From Stramenopiles sp. TOSAG23-2 (Eukaryota): DNA of 43,045 nt. Below, in pieces: positions 22,050-33,802 of the stretch. The DNA is taken from NCBI GenBank assembly GCA_900128395.1, contig LT649296.1:1-43045 (forward strand), written 5' to 3'. Numbering within the stretch: position 1 is the stretch's first letter; every line of letters begins with the position of its first letter. A model generated the notes under the pieces. The model made no database searches and had not been told where the DNA came from. It saw only the letters and a list, made by a program, of their open reading frames with translations. The translations under genes were made by a program, and so were the position numbers.

Positions 22050-25000
22050 ACATTTATTACGGCATTTTTAATTTATAACACTACAATACCATTACATCTC
22101 GCATATTTTCCTTCAAATTTCATCATTTTCAACATTTTCAACCTAAATTCTTCTATTTCATTGTTGTGATGATGGATTTTTCATTTCATTACATGAAAAC
22201 AAAGGAAAAATATTACGGCATTTTTAATTTATAACACTACAATACCATTACATCTCGCATATTTTCCTTCAAATTTCATCATTTTCAACATTTTCAACCT
22301 AAATTCTTCTATTTCATTGTTGTGATGATGGATTTTTCATTTCATTACATGAAAACAAAGGAAAAATATTGAAAATACCTTTTTAAACTTAGGCTCCACT
22401 AGTATACCATTTTTCCTATCAATTGGCAAAATAATTTTGACATTTCACGTTTTCAGAAATTAGGGATAGCAGAATTTCTGGCATCAAATTTTTACACTAA
22501 AATTTGTACTTAAATAAATTATTAATTTACAGAAATGACTAAAATAAACTATAAAATTCATAGAAATCATTAAATTATAAAAATATCCATTTTTAAAAAC
22601 ACAAAAAACATGTAAAAATTACATCGTCATTTGAACAATTTCATCATCTTCTTAAAATTACATATAAATACCAAAATATGAAATCATACAAAATATCATA
22701 TTTTAGATGGAAATATCATTTTTTACATAAATTGTAAATATCGTTTTTGGAATATTGAAACCTATCATAAATTTAGTATAGTAATTTTGTACTAAGTAGT
22801 GTCAGAAAGAGCCGACACTACACGTAAAAACCACCTATCAAGTAGTGTTACAGCTTTTAGATGGAAATGTCATTTTTTACATAAATTGTAAATATCGTTT
22901 TTGGAATATTGAAACCTATCAAAAATTTAGTATAGTAATTTTGTACTAATTAGTGTCAGAAAGAGCCGACACTACACGTAAAAACCACCTATCAAGTAGT
23001 GTTACAGCTATAGGGTTACGCGTTTTTTTCAACTTTTAACGGTTATTCAAATATGAAGTAGATACAGAAATATTGACATACCTCGTATATTTATTATCAA
23101 TCATATAGAAATTGATCGTGGATACTTATTTTGCTCAAGTTATGTGTGTATATATCCAATAAACTACCTTTTATAATTTTGAAATTTTCCATTTTTAGTC
23201 CATTCTATGTCCATGCTAATTTTAAAAAAAATCACCATTTTGAAAAAATTTCGTTACCTTGTCAGTTTCATTTAAAACATAATTAGATCAAAATATTCAT
23301 GTACTTCTTTCGTTTAGACAGGTGTTAAGAGATGTGTCTTATTTCGAATTAATTTGTAGAAGATTTAGATAGAAAAAATCAACATATTGTATTTTGGTGA
23401 TATTTCTGAGAATTTTTCAATATTTTGGTGATTTTTTGCTCTGTAACCCTAAACTAACCCGATCTTGAAAATCACATATCAGTGTAAAGCTCGACTTATA
23501 TGTGGTGCATGGGCAGCCCGATCTTGAAAATCACATATCGGTGTAAAGCTCGACTTATATCCGGTGTATGGACAGGAGAACGGTCGGGGATTGTTTAGGT
23601 GATCAGTATACGACTTTTAGGTATTGGTTTCAGCTTTGTATATAATGGGAAAGTGTAGAAATGGCATTTGTGTGAGTGTATGTTGGTGCTGAAAAATAGA
23701 GTGAGAGGTCCCGTCATGTACTGGTGTGACCCCGCAGTGCTGAGTAGTGCTACCATCTCTAACCCTAACGTAAATGATCAAAATGCACGATATTTTTAAT
23801 AAACATGGTTCTACTGTTAAACTCCCCAGACCAGTAGTGCTAGCATCTCTAACCCTAACGTAAATGATCAAAATGCACGATATTTTTAGTAAGCATGGTT
23901 CTACAACTAAACTCCCAAGACCACGACCTACAGATATTCTATACGTAACAGACAACGGATATGCAACGTTTCAAAGTCTAATATTTATAACTTCAATGAA
24001 AGTTTTCAACCTTTCATGATTTTCACCATTTCGATGAAAAAGTACTCTAATACTAACTCCATGCTAACGTGCGATTTAAAATTTTTTTTCAGCACTTTTC
24101 TTTAAAAACATAATTATACATGTAATCTCTCAGAGAAAAGTTAAATATATTACCTATGATATAGAATTTACGACATTTTGTCAAAATTTTTTATGTTTCG
24201 TGTTCAAAATAAAGATTTCTAGCTTCATTTAGAATTTATGTGAATGAAAATCGATCTGGAATTCTAGGCCTTTTTCAGGCATCTTAAAATACATTGTAAA
24301 ATAGGGTATAATCGAAACAATATATCTCGAGTCAATGAAAATATTGATACGAAAGTAGGTTCGATTCTCATTTTAACATGTATAGAGCCAAACTTAAGAG
24401 TAAGTTGATGACAACTGAGTGTCAGGAAGATACTTTACTAACGACGTTTCGATTGCATGTCAAAGTACCATTACTATGGAATAGGCCTATAAAACCTTAA
24501 TAAAAGTGTCAAAAAATATGCATTTTTTAGTGAAAATTCACTTTATGTCTAGCGTTTCATGTAAATGTAATATTTATTTTGGTTGGAGTTTAGAGATACA
24601 AGTTATATATATAAATAAAGGATGTGGAACTTTATATGGGATGAAAATGTTGGAAATGATGTTTGGAGACGTAATGCAAATTTTATATATCTGGTAAAAT
24701 TTCTCAATTTTCGTACCCACTTTGGCGGAAGTTCTCAAAATGAAAATAAAATTGGCAAAAATATTTGTGTTTGAGGTGTTATAGAAATGTAGTATAAATT
24801 TGGTAGTCTAATTTACATAATTTTGTTAGAGTACTTAAAACTATAGTATAGAGATTTTTTGTAATATACTACCAACTACAATGTACTATTTAAACTATTA
24901 CTAATTAAAATCTGTTCGAAATTTTTTCGATTAAAAATCTTGACTGAATTTTCGGCCTCTAATAGTGAAATACTTCTTCAAAATCATCTAAAACCTATCA

Positions 25001-25540
25001 CTCCACACAGATTCATGAATTAGAGTCCCGAGAAAAAAAATGGATTTTAATTGGCTTGCTACGCAGTGTTCCCGAGAAAAGTTTTTTAATATATGGAAAT
25101 AGCATGTAGAAATTAGCATGGACAGGCGCCTTTCAACATTTTACTTGTAAAAATTGTGTTTTTCTGCCATGTTTTCTGTTTTTCATTTCCTATCATATTT
25201 ATACTTAATATAGTCCTTTTCATATACTCAGTAGATTTGTAGTGTTTGATATATTTGATAGGTCATATTAGGTATTTTTTGTACTTGAGAGAAGGGCATA
25301 TTTCTGCACTTTTAATAAAATGTAATTTTTACACCAACTCGATAGGTTAGTTTTTCCGGATAAAACTTGGAATTATGTCTAATATTTCGTAGTAACAAAA
25401 AAATGTGTTTTTCTGCCATGTTTTCTGTTGTTCCTTTCCTATCATATTTATACTTAATATAGTCCTTTTCATATACTCAGTAGATTTGTAGTGTTTGATA
25501 TATTTGATAGGCTATACTAGGCATTTTTTGTACTTAAAAA
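22050..25540. repeat. Gene-free complex repeat block (possible non-autonomous transposon nest)
   Basis: Tandem pairs at 22055-22370 (period 156), 22701-23009 (154), 23458-23575 (59) and 23743-23923 (90); near-copy 25153-25290 / 25401-25536; recurrent CCTATCA and CATGCTA motifs; no credible ORF. Confidence 0.7.
23011..23451. mobile_element. Candidate MITE: TA-GGGTTAC...GTAACCC-TA
   Basis: TAGGGTTAC at 23011-23019 and its reverse complement at 23443-23451, exactly between two tandem repeats; a third copy lies at 12067-12075. Confidence 0.4.
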
Positions 25541-25557
25541 TAGAATAAATAAAAAAT

Positions 25558-28500
25558 TTATCTATATTGATTATCAAATTTACTCAATTCTTTCAATCGC
25601 TCATCCTCTACAGTTGAATTCGTATTAACAAAACTATTGTTATTACCATATGAAGGTGGTGTTGCAGTATTATGATTACCACCATAGGAAGGTGGCGGGG
25701 GTGGAGCCCCATATCCACCACCATAACCAGGTGGTTGTTGATATGTATTATTGTTATTATTTACATTTCCTGTATTATTATTACTACTACTATTATTATT
25801 TCGTCGCATGCCTGAATCATACGAGGTCAATGCAGGTGTTGAACCATATGTGGTAGGCGGTGCAATAATGTTATTATTGCTACTACTACTACTACCATTA
25901 TATGTAGGAACATTATTTGTTGTTACAGATTGCGGCGGCAAAAATGTAGCAGATGGCTTACTATTATTGTTACTTGAAGCATTATTATTTACATTATCAT
26001 ACGAAGTTGTAGAATATGATGGTGGAGGAGCATCGTATGAAGGTGGTGGCAAGGGTGGCGTAAAATTATTTGTTTTTGTATTGACATTGTTATTGCTTTG
26101 ATTCAATTCACTAGATCCCATACGTTGTATCCGCCGAGCAAACTCCTCATCTGAAATAGCTTGTTGTTGCCTCCTCCTAGCGTCTTCTTCAGCTGCTAGA
26201 CGCGACTTTTCTAAATTCATAGCAAATTCTTGATCAGCTGCCATTTGCATCGCTGCTCTTTTCTTTGCCTCTTTTTGTGCTAAAACATCTTCAACCTGTA
26301 TCCTACGTCCATGACAATAATCTCTCGTCGTTTGCAACAATTCATTTGTATGTTTATCAAGATCATTATAAAAATTCTGTCCTTGAATCAATTTTTCATT
26401 AATATCAATATATGTATTTACCGCATTATTAATGCCTTGAATAACCATTTCACGATGCTTTGTATTTTCATCACCACTTTTCACACGTTGAAAATTTGTA
26501 TTCAAACCTTCTATTTTTTTCAAAAGCAATTCTTGTGTTTTAAAATTATTTTGAATGGTACTTTTATTTGCGTCATATTTTTTCTCTTCATGATCGAATA
26601 ATGATGCCTCATGTGCAGTAGTCCATTCATCATGCAACTTGCTTTTCGTTCCACAACCAGCTTCCATCAATTTGGACACTATGTTATCGCTTGAAATATC
26701 TATTTTCAACACTTCCAATAGATTGGTTCTTGATCCTATCAATTCGTTTAATTTTCCTAATGAATCGATTAAAACTTTACGCAAAGGGGCAGCTGCTGCT
26801 ACGGTATTTGCAGTCATTTTTGGCAACTTTGATGCTAGCTCTTCTCTAGATTTGGACAATAACTGCAAAATGCCACGATTATCATTCAACAACGTCACTA
26901 AATATTGATCTGATGGCCCAACATCATTTAATAGCTTTGTATAACGCTCTATGTCCGCACGTAAATCTTTATTTACAACGCTACTTTCCGGTAAATCAAT
27001 CCAAGTAGGATCAATTGAAGGTACTCCACCAGTTGTAGTAGTAGCACTTGTTGCTTGTGTACCTCCTTGTCTACGCATTTTATCTTCCTGCTCTTCTTGA
27101 TTTAAAATGTTAATAATCTCATTTAATCTGTTACGAACTACATTTCCAGCATTACTATTGGTCCCTATGATAGTTTCAAAAACACTCACACCTCCTTTTT
27201 TCTTAATCTCATCAACTTTTGCCCATACGCTATCAGGTAAACCAACTGATTGCACAGTAGCTTCAATAGATGCAGGTAAACCAATCGCTGCTAATGATTC
27301 CCGTGCTACATGATTTTTTTCACGACACTGCTTGTCCATCTTACTAAGCAACGTAGATAAGCGTTCTTCATATTTTTTTGCTGATTTACGAACAATGGTT
27401 GGAATCATTGAGCGAAATAAATCACTTTTATTACGATTGTTATTGCTATCTTTTAACGATGCTTTGAAATTATCTGGCAATACTACTTTTGCCATTGCTT
27501 TTGGTGGAATTGGTGGTACATCATTTACATCTGGTATAGATTCTAAGTAAATGACTTCATTATCACTTATTCGTGATTTTAACATAGCTGAGATTTTGTT
27601 GAATAAATCATCAACACTAGATGTTTCTGTTTGTGAAAATTTTGCACCTTTTGCTCTCACCACTTGTTTTGCTTGCATACATTCACTTTCCGCCAGTTTC
27701 AAATATGCAATTTCTAAACCATAACCTTCTCCAACCTTTGTAGCTTTTAAATGTACTACTTCACTTTGTTTATAATATGCAGCAGCTTTGTATGTATATG
27801 ATTGATATTTCATACGATTGATCCATGCTGTATGCAATACGGAGGCTAGGGAGGAAGACGTGGCAACTTTTAATGATTTTTCATACAAATTGGCTGTGTG
27901 AGAAGCAAGTTTTGCACACAAAGCGCTTTTCATACCTTCATTTCCACGTGTTAATTTAGCGGCAGGAGTTTCATGGCATTTGTTATAAAACAATGCTTGT
28001 GCCTGTGCAAGCATTAAATCGATAATCATTTGCAAACCTTCTGGCGATAAATCAGAAGTTGCTGCACCTTTCATTTTTGGACATACATTATTTTTCAATT
28101 CAGTAAAAATGCCAGCTGCTTGTTGATAAAATTTACATGCAACTTTTGCAAAGCTATCCGAGTTACGATCTGTGTTTAATCCTGCCAAGCTATACAATGC
28201 AGCTAAATTAAACATAACAGAGCCTATCTCATAATGTAAACTATATTGTCCAACTTTTTTAGTTGGTTTAAAGGCATCACCCCATTCAAACGATAATTGC
28301 ACACCAGTTTTGCTTTCCGTGAATGGAAATTTCTCTGACATTTGTCTTAATTGAACCATGTATTTTAACAATTTAGTCCTAACTTCTTCGGAACCACTTG
28401 CCAATTCACTTATTGTTGTGCACCGTGTACGCATATCGGATAAGCTTATAATAGACGAATCAACAGAATCTTCACTAACATCTTTAAAATGTTCTTTTAA

Positions 28501-28563
28501 ATATAAACCTAATGTTGTTGAAAATTCAACATCAGATGTTTCTTTTAACGGTACAGCAAGCAT
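25558..28563 (-). CDS. ALIX: ALIX/Bro1/PalA family ESCRT accessory protein (BRO1 domain, V domain, Pro-rich tail)
   Basis: MLAVPLKET, FEWGDAF, YEIGSVMFNLAALYS, MLAQAQ, DNEVIYLE, LPASIEA, QGQNFYNDL, Pro/Asn-rich C-terminus. Confidence 0.93.
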   Translation of the reverse strand: MLAVPLKETSDVEFSTTLGLYLKEHFKDVSEDSVDSSIISLSDMRTRCTTISELASGSEEVRTKLLKYMVQLRQMSEKFPFTESKTGVQLSFEWGDAFKPTKKVGQYSLHYEIGSVMFNLAALYSLAGLNTDRNSDSFAKVACKFYQQAAGIFTELKNNVCPKMKGAATSDLSPEGLQMIIDLMLAQAQALFYNKCHETPAAKLTRGNEGMKSALCAKLASHTANLYEKSLKVATSSSLASVLHTAWINRMKYQSYTYKAAAYYKQSEVVHLKATKVGEGYGLEIAYLKLAESECMQAKQVVRAKGAKFSQTETSSVDDLFNKISAMLKSRISDNEVIYLESIPDVNDVPPIPPKAMAKVVLPDNFKASLKDSNNNRNKSDLFRSMIPTIVRKSAKKYEERLSTLLSKMDKQCREKNHVARESLAAIGLPASIEATVQSVGLPDSVWAKVDEIKKKGGVSVFETIIGTNSNAGNVVRNRLNEIINILNQEEQEDKMRRQGGTQATSATTTTGGVPSIDPTWIDLPESSVVNKDLRADIERYTKLLNDVGPSDQYLVTLLNDNRGILQLLSKSREELASKLPKMTANTVAAAAPLRKVLIDSLGKLNELIGSRTNLLEVLKIDISSDNIVSKLMEAGCGTKSKLHDEWTTAHEASLFDHEEKKYDANKSTIQNNFKTQELLLKKIEGLNTNFQRVKSGDENTKHREMVIQGINNAVNTYIDINEKLIQGQNFYNDLDKHTNELLQTTRDYCHGRRIQVEDVLAQKEAKKRAAMQMAADQEFAMNLEKSRLAAEEDARRRQQQAISDEEFARRIQRMGSSELNQSNNNVNTKTNNFTPPLPPPSYDAPPPSYSTTSYDNVNNNASSNNNSKPSATFLPPQSVTTNNVPTYNGSSSSSNNNIIAPPTTYGSTPALTSYDSGMRRNNNSSSNNNTGNVNNNNNTYQQPPGYGGGYGAPPPPPSYGGNHNTATPPSYGNNNSFVNTNSTVEDERLKELSKFDNQYR

Positions 28564-28847
28564 TTCCCCCCCCTGTTTTTGTTGTTGTTGATAATAAATA
28601 TATTTTGTTTTAGTATTGACAAAAATCTATAATATATAATATATAAATGTTTCAATCTGTTTTATCTATATACATATATATACAATTTATACTAAGAGGA
28701 AGAGAAAACAATTTATTTTTATAATGTATTTCGTGTGCATGAATATGTTTCTCTTCAAGATATTTTAATCACTACTACTCGTATTCTATTTGAGATTTTT
28801 GCTCCTATCAATCTTGAAATCCTGCGCTTTTTTCTTGCTTTTTCCAG

Positions 28848-28975
28848 GCTTTCCACAGCTTTCCAGCTTTCCAGCTTTCTTTTCCTGTGTCTTTCCATCA
28901 TACCAGGTAATCAGCTTTCCAGCTTTCCAGCTTTCCAGGCTTTCTGGCTTTCCAGGCTTGGCCATCAGCTTTCCT
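28848..28975. repeat. GCTTTC(CA) short-period repeat cluster in a divergent intergenic region
   Basis: Ten GCTTTC copies (28848, 28858, 28866, 28874, 28914, 28922, 28930, 28939, 28947, 28968). Confidence 0.85.
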
Positions 28976-29260
28976 GATGGCTTCTTCTTTCGTTCCGACG
29001 ACGGTTAGTCGTCTATAACAGTTAAAAGTTGTTTTCAAATAGTTGCAATACTTTCTTATACGTGTATTTAATAAATTACTTTAACAAATAGTCTGGATAT
29101 AATAAAGAAGCTCAACCTATTTTCTAGGATAGATTGATATTGATACATAGATATAATAAATATCATAATATTATTAACTTGTCTTTTTCAACTATTGCAT
29201 GTGATTGTGTACATAAAATTATATATAGAAAAATTAATACGCTTTGTTTAATAGTACAGT

Positions 29261-29737
29261 ATGACGACTAAAGTAACAGCAATGTTTTGTTCTGAGCAGT
29301 TAGACGAAAAAGGTATATGTACTTTGCTTGGATTTTATTGTAGGGTGTTTGCGTTTGGTGTTGGATTGGCGCTGATATTATTTGGATCATTACATTCTAA
29401 AGCTACTCCTATAATAGCAACATATGGTGTTATAACTGGTATCTTTTCAATTTGTTTAGAAAGTAGTTTTATCTTTCTACATATGAATTGCTTTCCATCC
29501 ATTGGTAAATTTTTTGACAATTATCTAAGTAGAATATTTTTTTACAGTGTCGCTGGTATAACCGGCATTGTTATACACTATCAAAGAGAAAAGGAACCAA
29601 CGCTATTCATTTTGTTTGTATTATTAGCTGCGGATAGTATATTGTTTGTGTTTGCACATTTTCAAAGGCAAAAATATAGTCAATATCGTGATTCTGGTAG
29701 TTTTGGTGTTGGTTTTACAAATACTGAAGAAATATGA
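29261..29737 (+). CDS. Small multi-pass membrane protein, possibly COPI-associated/TVP-like
   Basis: 158 aa, ~4 hydrophobic segments, SICLES and RIFFYSVAG patterns; the family call is tentative. Confidence 0.6.
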   Translation: MTTKVTAMFCSEQLDEKGICTLLGFYCRVFAFGVGLALILFGSLHSKATPIIATYGVITGIFSICLESSFIFLHMNCFPSIGKFFDNYLSRIFFYSVAGITGIVIHYQREKEPTLFILFVLLAADSILFVFAHFQRQKYSQYRDSGSFGVGFTNTEEI

Positions 29738-29967
29738 TTGCGTGTATGCTGGTATGATAATATATTTTTATATTACGCGCGTATAAAAAAAAAAACAACC
29801 AACAACTAATAATGTTGGAAATATTACGCTTCGTATATGATATATTCGTAATATATTTTGAGACATAAAAAAGAACAGAAAAAACAAAACCTGTACACAC
29901 ACACATTTACGTACATGATATAATTCTTATTTTATACTTTTGATTGTATCATACCATATCAGTATTA

Positions 29968-30178
29968 GTACAAAAAATCCATCCCTCTCACAAGCTCTAA
30001 GAACCGTCACTTTACGACGTGTACAAATCTTTGATTTGTTTACATGTACGTTCACAATTTCGTAAATACTTTGTACAAAAAATCCATCCCTCTCACAAGC
30101 TCTAAGAACCGTCACTTTACGACGTGTACAAATCTTTGATTTGTTTACATGTACGTTCACAATTTCGTAAATACTTTG
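29968..30178. repeat. Tandem duplication, period 105 bp, spanning the SET gene stop
   Basis: GTACAAAAAATCCATCCC at 29968 and 30073. Confidence 0.92.
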
Positions 30179-31748
30179 ATGCTTCCGATATATTTGTAAA
30201 CAATTTCATGCTTTTTTTCTTATTTTCGCTCCAATATACAATTTCATTTATCAAATAATTTCTACCTTTAATACCTAATCCTAAAAATTGTTGTAAAACT
30301 TTAACAATTCTTGATAAAGTTTCCGCTGTATTCACGTGCGGTCCATTTGATATATAAACTAATTCAGACTCTCTTAACATTAATAATGATATAAATAAAA
30401 TATGTAATATTCTCAAATGTATATTGCTACCAATTTCAACAGTTTGTTGTACTAATATAGTTTCACATTTATCAGATAATAATTTATTTGCTCTAGCAAG
30501 TAGAATATCGCCAATCACAATATTATTATTATTTACCACTTCCATATCATATTCATTATTATTTATTTCAATATTATCATTGGCTTTTTTATTGTACGAT
30601 TCTAATTTCATATTTTTATAAGTATCACGTTCTATTACAATTTTTTCCAAAACTTTAATATTTACTTTATAAACTTTTTCATGTTCCCAAAAATTTAATA
30701 ATCCAATAAAATCGTCAATTAATTTATCATTTAAATTGGTATTATTATTATTATTATTATTATTATTCTTACTGATATTATTAACAAATGAAGGTTCCAA
30801 TTTCATTTTCAAGATGTTATCCTTTTGTACAAATAGATTGCATAAATTACATAAACATTTGAAACGAAATTGTTTATATAAATATTCTTGACGTTCTTTA
30901 TAGATATGTTCTTTTTTATCTATATAACCTATGGTAATCTCTGTACCTTTTTGAATTTCTTCACATGCACGTAATTCGCTATGATTTCCATTTCCATGAC
31001 TTCCCTCAACCCATTTAACTGCATTTGGTTTACATGAATGATTTGTCATTGCAAAATTTAAATAAATACCTGATGGGAATGCATTGAAATGTATTTTACA
31101 TATATGCAATAAATAGAATTGATCATCGATTTGAAACTTACTTAAAATATCTTTTTCTACAATATTCTTCAAGATTGAAATATCTTCGTCATATTCTTTT
31201 CGTAATTCCTCTACATGATCTTTTTCTATATCTACATAAGATATTGGATGTAAATGTTTTAATTCTTTTAGAATATATGAAATTTCTTGTATTGTTTTCT
31301 TTTCATCGCATAATATTTGTTTCAAAAATTGAATAGCAGGTCGTGACTTTGTTTTTGTTTTCAAATGTGATAATTTTAAAAATGATTTTTCTGCCAATAA
31401 TAATGTTCCAGGTGCAATTACTTCATTCGCTATGAAACCTCTACCACCACCACAATTATTTAAATTATTATTGAATGTAATTTTATTGCTAACATAAATT
31501 AAATTATTTTTCGTCGATTGAAATGGTGTAGGAAGTGTTGCTGTTGCAATGGAAGAAGAATTTTGTATATTTATGGAATTATCTTTGTTTTTTACAGGTA
31601 CAGATGGTAAAAATGTTTGTAGATAGTTATACATTGAAGTATTCTTTACTTGTTCGTCGTTGTTTATCGACTCATTTTCTTCGTCGTCATCCTCCTCGTC
31701 ATCAGAGGAAGAACCAAATAAATCATTCATTTCAGCAACAGATGTCAT
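30117..31748 (-). CDS. SET-domain lysine methyltransferase, SMYD-like
   Basis: GGGRGFIA...PGTLLLAE, NHSCKPN, ELRA..I.KGTEITIGY, post-SET FKCLCNLC; no obvious MYND finger. Confidence 0.9.
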   Translation of the reverse strand: MTSVAEMNDLFGSSSDDEEDDDEENESINNDEQVKNTSMYNYLQTFLPSVPVKNKDNSINIQNSSSIATATLPTPFQSTKNNLIYVSNKITFNNNLNNCGGGRGFIANEVIAPGTLLLAEKSFLKLSHLKTKTKSRPAIQFLKQILCDEKKTIQEISYILKELKHLHPISYVDIEKDHVEELRKEYDEDISILKNIVEKDILSKFQIDDQFYLLHICKIHFNAFPSGIYLNFAMTNHSCKPNAVKWVEGSHGNGNHSELRACEEIQKGTEITIGYIDKKEHIYKERQEYLYKQFRFKCLCNLCNLFVQKDNILKMKLEPSFVNNISKNNNNNNNNNTNLNDKLIDDFIGLLNFWEHEKVYKVNIKVLEKIVIERDTYKNMKLESYNKKANDNIEINNNEYDMEVVNNNNIVIGDILLARANKLLSDKCETILVQQTVEIGSNIHLRILHILFISLLMLRESELVYISNGPHVNTAETLSRIVKVLQQFLGLGIKGRNYLINEIVYWSENKKKSMKLFTNISEASKYLRNCERTCKQIKDLYTS

Positions 31749-32405
31749 GTTTATAAGTTGTATCTACTATTTTTAACAAAATGTCGGGTAAATGAAATTA
31801 CTTTATCAGTTGATATTATCTATATTATCAACGTGAAGATAATCAATTTGCAAATATCTAAATAAATATAACGTATAATAATTATTAGCGAAAAGAGAAG
31901 AACATTATAAATAATTAATCTACGAAATCAAGCTATATATAATTTGCTTCTATTGATATAAATGCCTTCATTACATCACATATATACTGTATATAAGAAA
32001 ACGTAGATTTGGACCTGGAAGAAGATCTATGGTGTGTCCAGAGAAACATTCATCAGAGACGACACAGGCGGCCATTGATTATTGTACCTGTACCATAATT
32101 TCGTATTGTAATTTCACCATCTCTCGGTTTCGTTTTAGCTGCTATTATGTGCTAAATTAAAATGGAGTGACACTTTTTGATATAGGTTAAGGTCAATATA
32201 AAATATTTCCGCATACGTCCAACGTCCAACCTTGTGCAAAAAATACAAAAAATACATACATAATTATTATCAAGAGACTATAATATAACTGAATAAATAT
32301 GAAGGTGAAGAGAGGTCAGTGGAACATATAATATATATAAATATATATAAGTAGAACCAATATCATCATCATCAAGAATTACACACTACAAAGAACAAAA
32401 TAACC

Positions 32406-33431
32406 ATGTCAGTACGTGATGTCAAACATAATAAAATTAGGTTTCATAAAAAAAATGCACCAACAACGAATGTAGAAGTATATGGAAGAGAATTTAAAGA
32501 TGTAGTAGTCTTTGGGAAAGATAGTTTTTTTAGTGCTGCTGCTGCGAAACAGTATTATGAAGTCGAACAAATAACAGTCCTTGATGGGCGTGTACATAAC
32601 GGAGGGAAAGACAGTTGGAAATTGCATGTGAATGGATTTGAATTTGTAAAAGCTCCAGAGTATGATTTTGAAGACCATGCAACTTTACAAACGAAGGAAG
32701 AGAAACGTTTGGCACGAAAACGTGTAAATAGGGAATTTGCTCCAAAAGTACTCGAAGTTTGCAGAAAAACATCCGGGGCTAGCAAAGCATTTTGGATGTC
32801 TTCACAACGAAGGGCGGAAGCCGCTGTAAATGATGTTTCGGAAGGATATGCAACTGGATTTGCACATGCGGATTATGGCCCAGAAAACGAGGAGCAATTT
32901 AGAACCGTATTAGAACATCGATACGGCATGTCACATGAAGAAGCTCAAAGTTGTGGAATTTGTTTAGTGAATATGTGGTGTCCAGTGGAACGACCTGCAT
33001 ATAAAAATCCACTTGCATTAATGGATTGTAGTACGATGAAAAGTCTTGAAGAAGAAACGATTCGATGGAAGTTAGATATGTCGATTGATAATGGTTATGA
33101 TTATCAAGTTGAAAATAAGGGCCAGACACATCATCGTCCCCACAATGAAAGAGTCCCGCAAGCAGCGAAAGATGCACCAGCATTAACACCATTATACAAA
33201 CCATATCATCGCTATGTATATTTACCAGATATGCGTGAAGATGAAGCAGTCATTTTCAAACAAGTGGATTTTAGAAAAGATCAGGCCGCACGCGCATCTT
33301 TTCACACTGCAATCAATGATTTATATCATAAGAATGATGAGTTTTGGAAAATAGGAAGAAGAAGTATTGAATGTCGTGTTATTTTAACGTTTGATCCACC
33401 AGAATCAAATAAGCAACAATCAAAGTTGTAA
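32406..33431 (+). CDS. AsaB/CmcJ/NvfI-like oxidoreductase with PTS1 (SKL)
   Basis: NGFEF, AHADY, NMWCP, PLALMDCST, HRYVYLPDM..DEAVIFKQ.D, FHTA, RRSIECR; ends QSKL*. Confidence 0.85.
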   Translation: MSVRDVKHNKIRFHKKNAPTTNVEVYGREFKDVVVFGKDSFFSAAAAKQYYEVEQITVLDGRVHNGGKDSWKLHVNGFEFVKAPEYDFEDHATLQTKEEKRLARKRVNREFAPKVLEVCRKTSGASKAFWMSSQRRAEAAVNDVSEGYATGFAHADYGPENEEQFRTVLEHRYGMSHEEAQSCGICLVNMWCPVERPAYKNPLALMDCSTMKSLEEETIRWKLDMSIDNGYDYQVENKGQTHHRPHNERVPQAAKDAPALTPLYKPYHRYVYLPDMREDEAVIFKQVDFRKDQAARASFHTAINDLYHKNDEFWKIGRRSIECRVILTFDPPESNKQQSKL

Positions 33432-33802
33432 TTTTTAATATTATAAAATTTTTATATATTTTTAAACGGAAAAACACACATAAAACCCGCTGATAAAAGA
33501 TGGTGGTTTATAGTGTGAAAAACATTTTAATAAAAAAGCGATTCGTATCTTCTCCTGTCTCTCCCATTTGAGAAGAAAGGTATAATATTTAAAAACGCTA
33601 TAAATAAAAAAAACATTTAAAAATATAATGTACATGTGTATAAAATGATTTTATAACACCACATTATACTCGTAATACGCGTATAAACGTGATTAATGAC
33701 ACGCGATATAACCTTTTTGTAAGAGTTTTTATAAAAAAAAAAAACACTCCCGCAGGTATGATATATATGCCACTCTCATCACATTTTATTTCTCCCATTA
33801 TA

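Noticed and set aside
23458..23923. CRISPR-like repeats
   Set aside because: Only two copies per unit, no unique spacers, no cas genes, eukaryotic context.
23617..23955. 112-aa repeat-containing ORF
   Set aside because: A by-product of the 90-bp tandem repeat, with no recognisable protein features.
24355..24372. GGTTCGATTC tRNA T-loop/B-box-like motif
   Set aside because: The T-stem pairs poorly and no acceptor, D or anticodon arms can be built.
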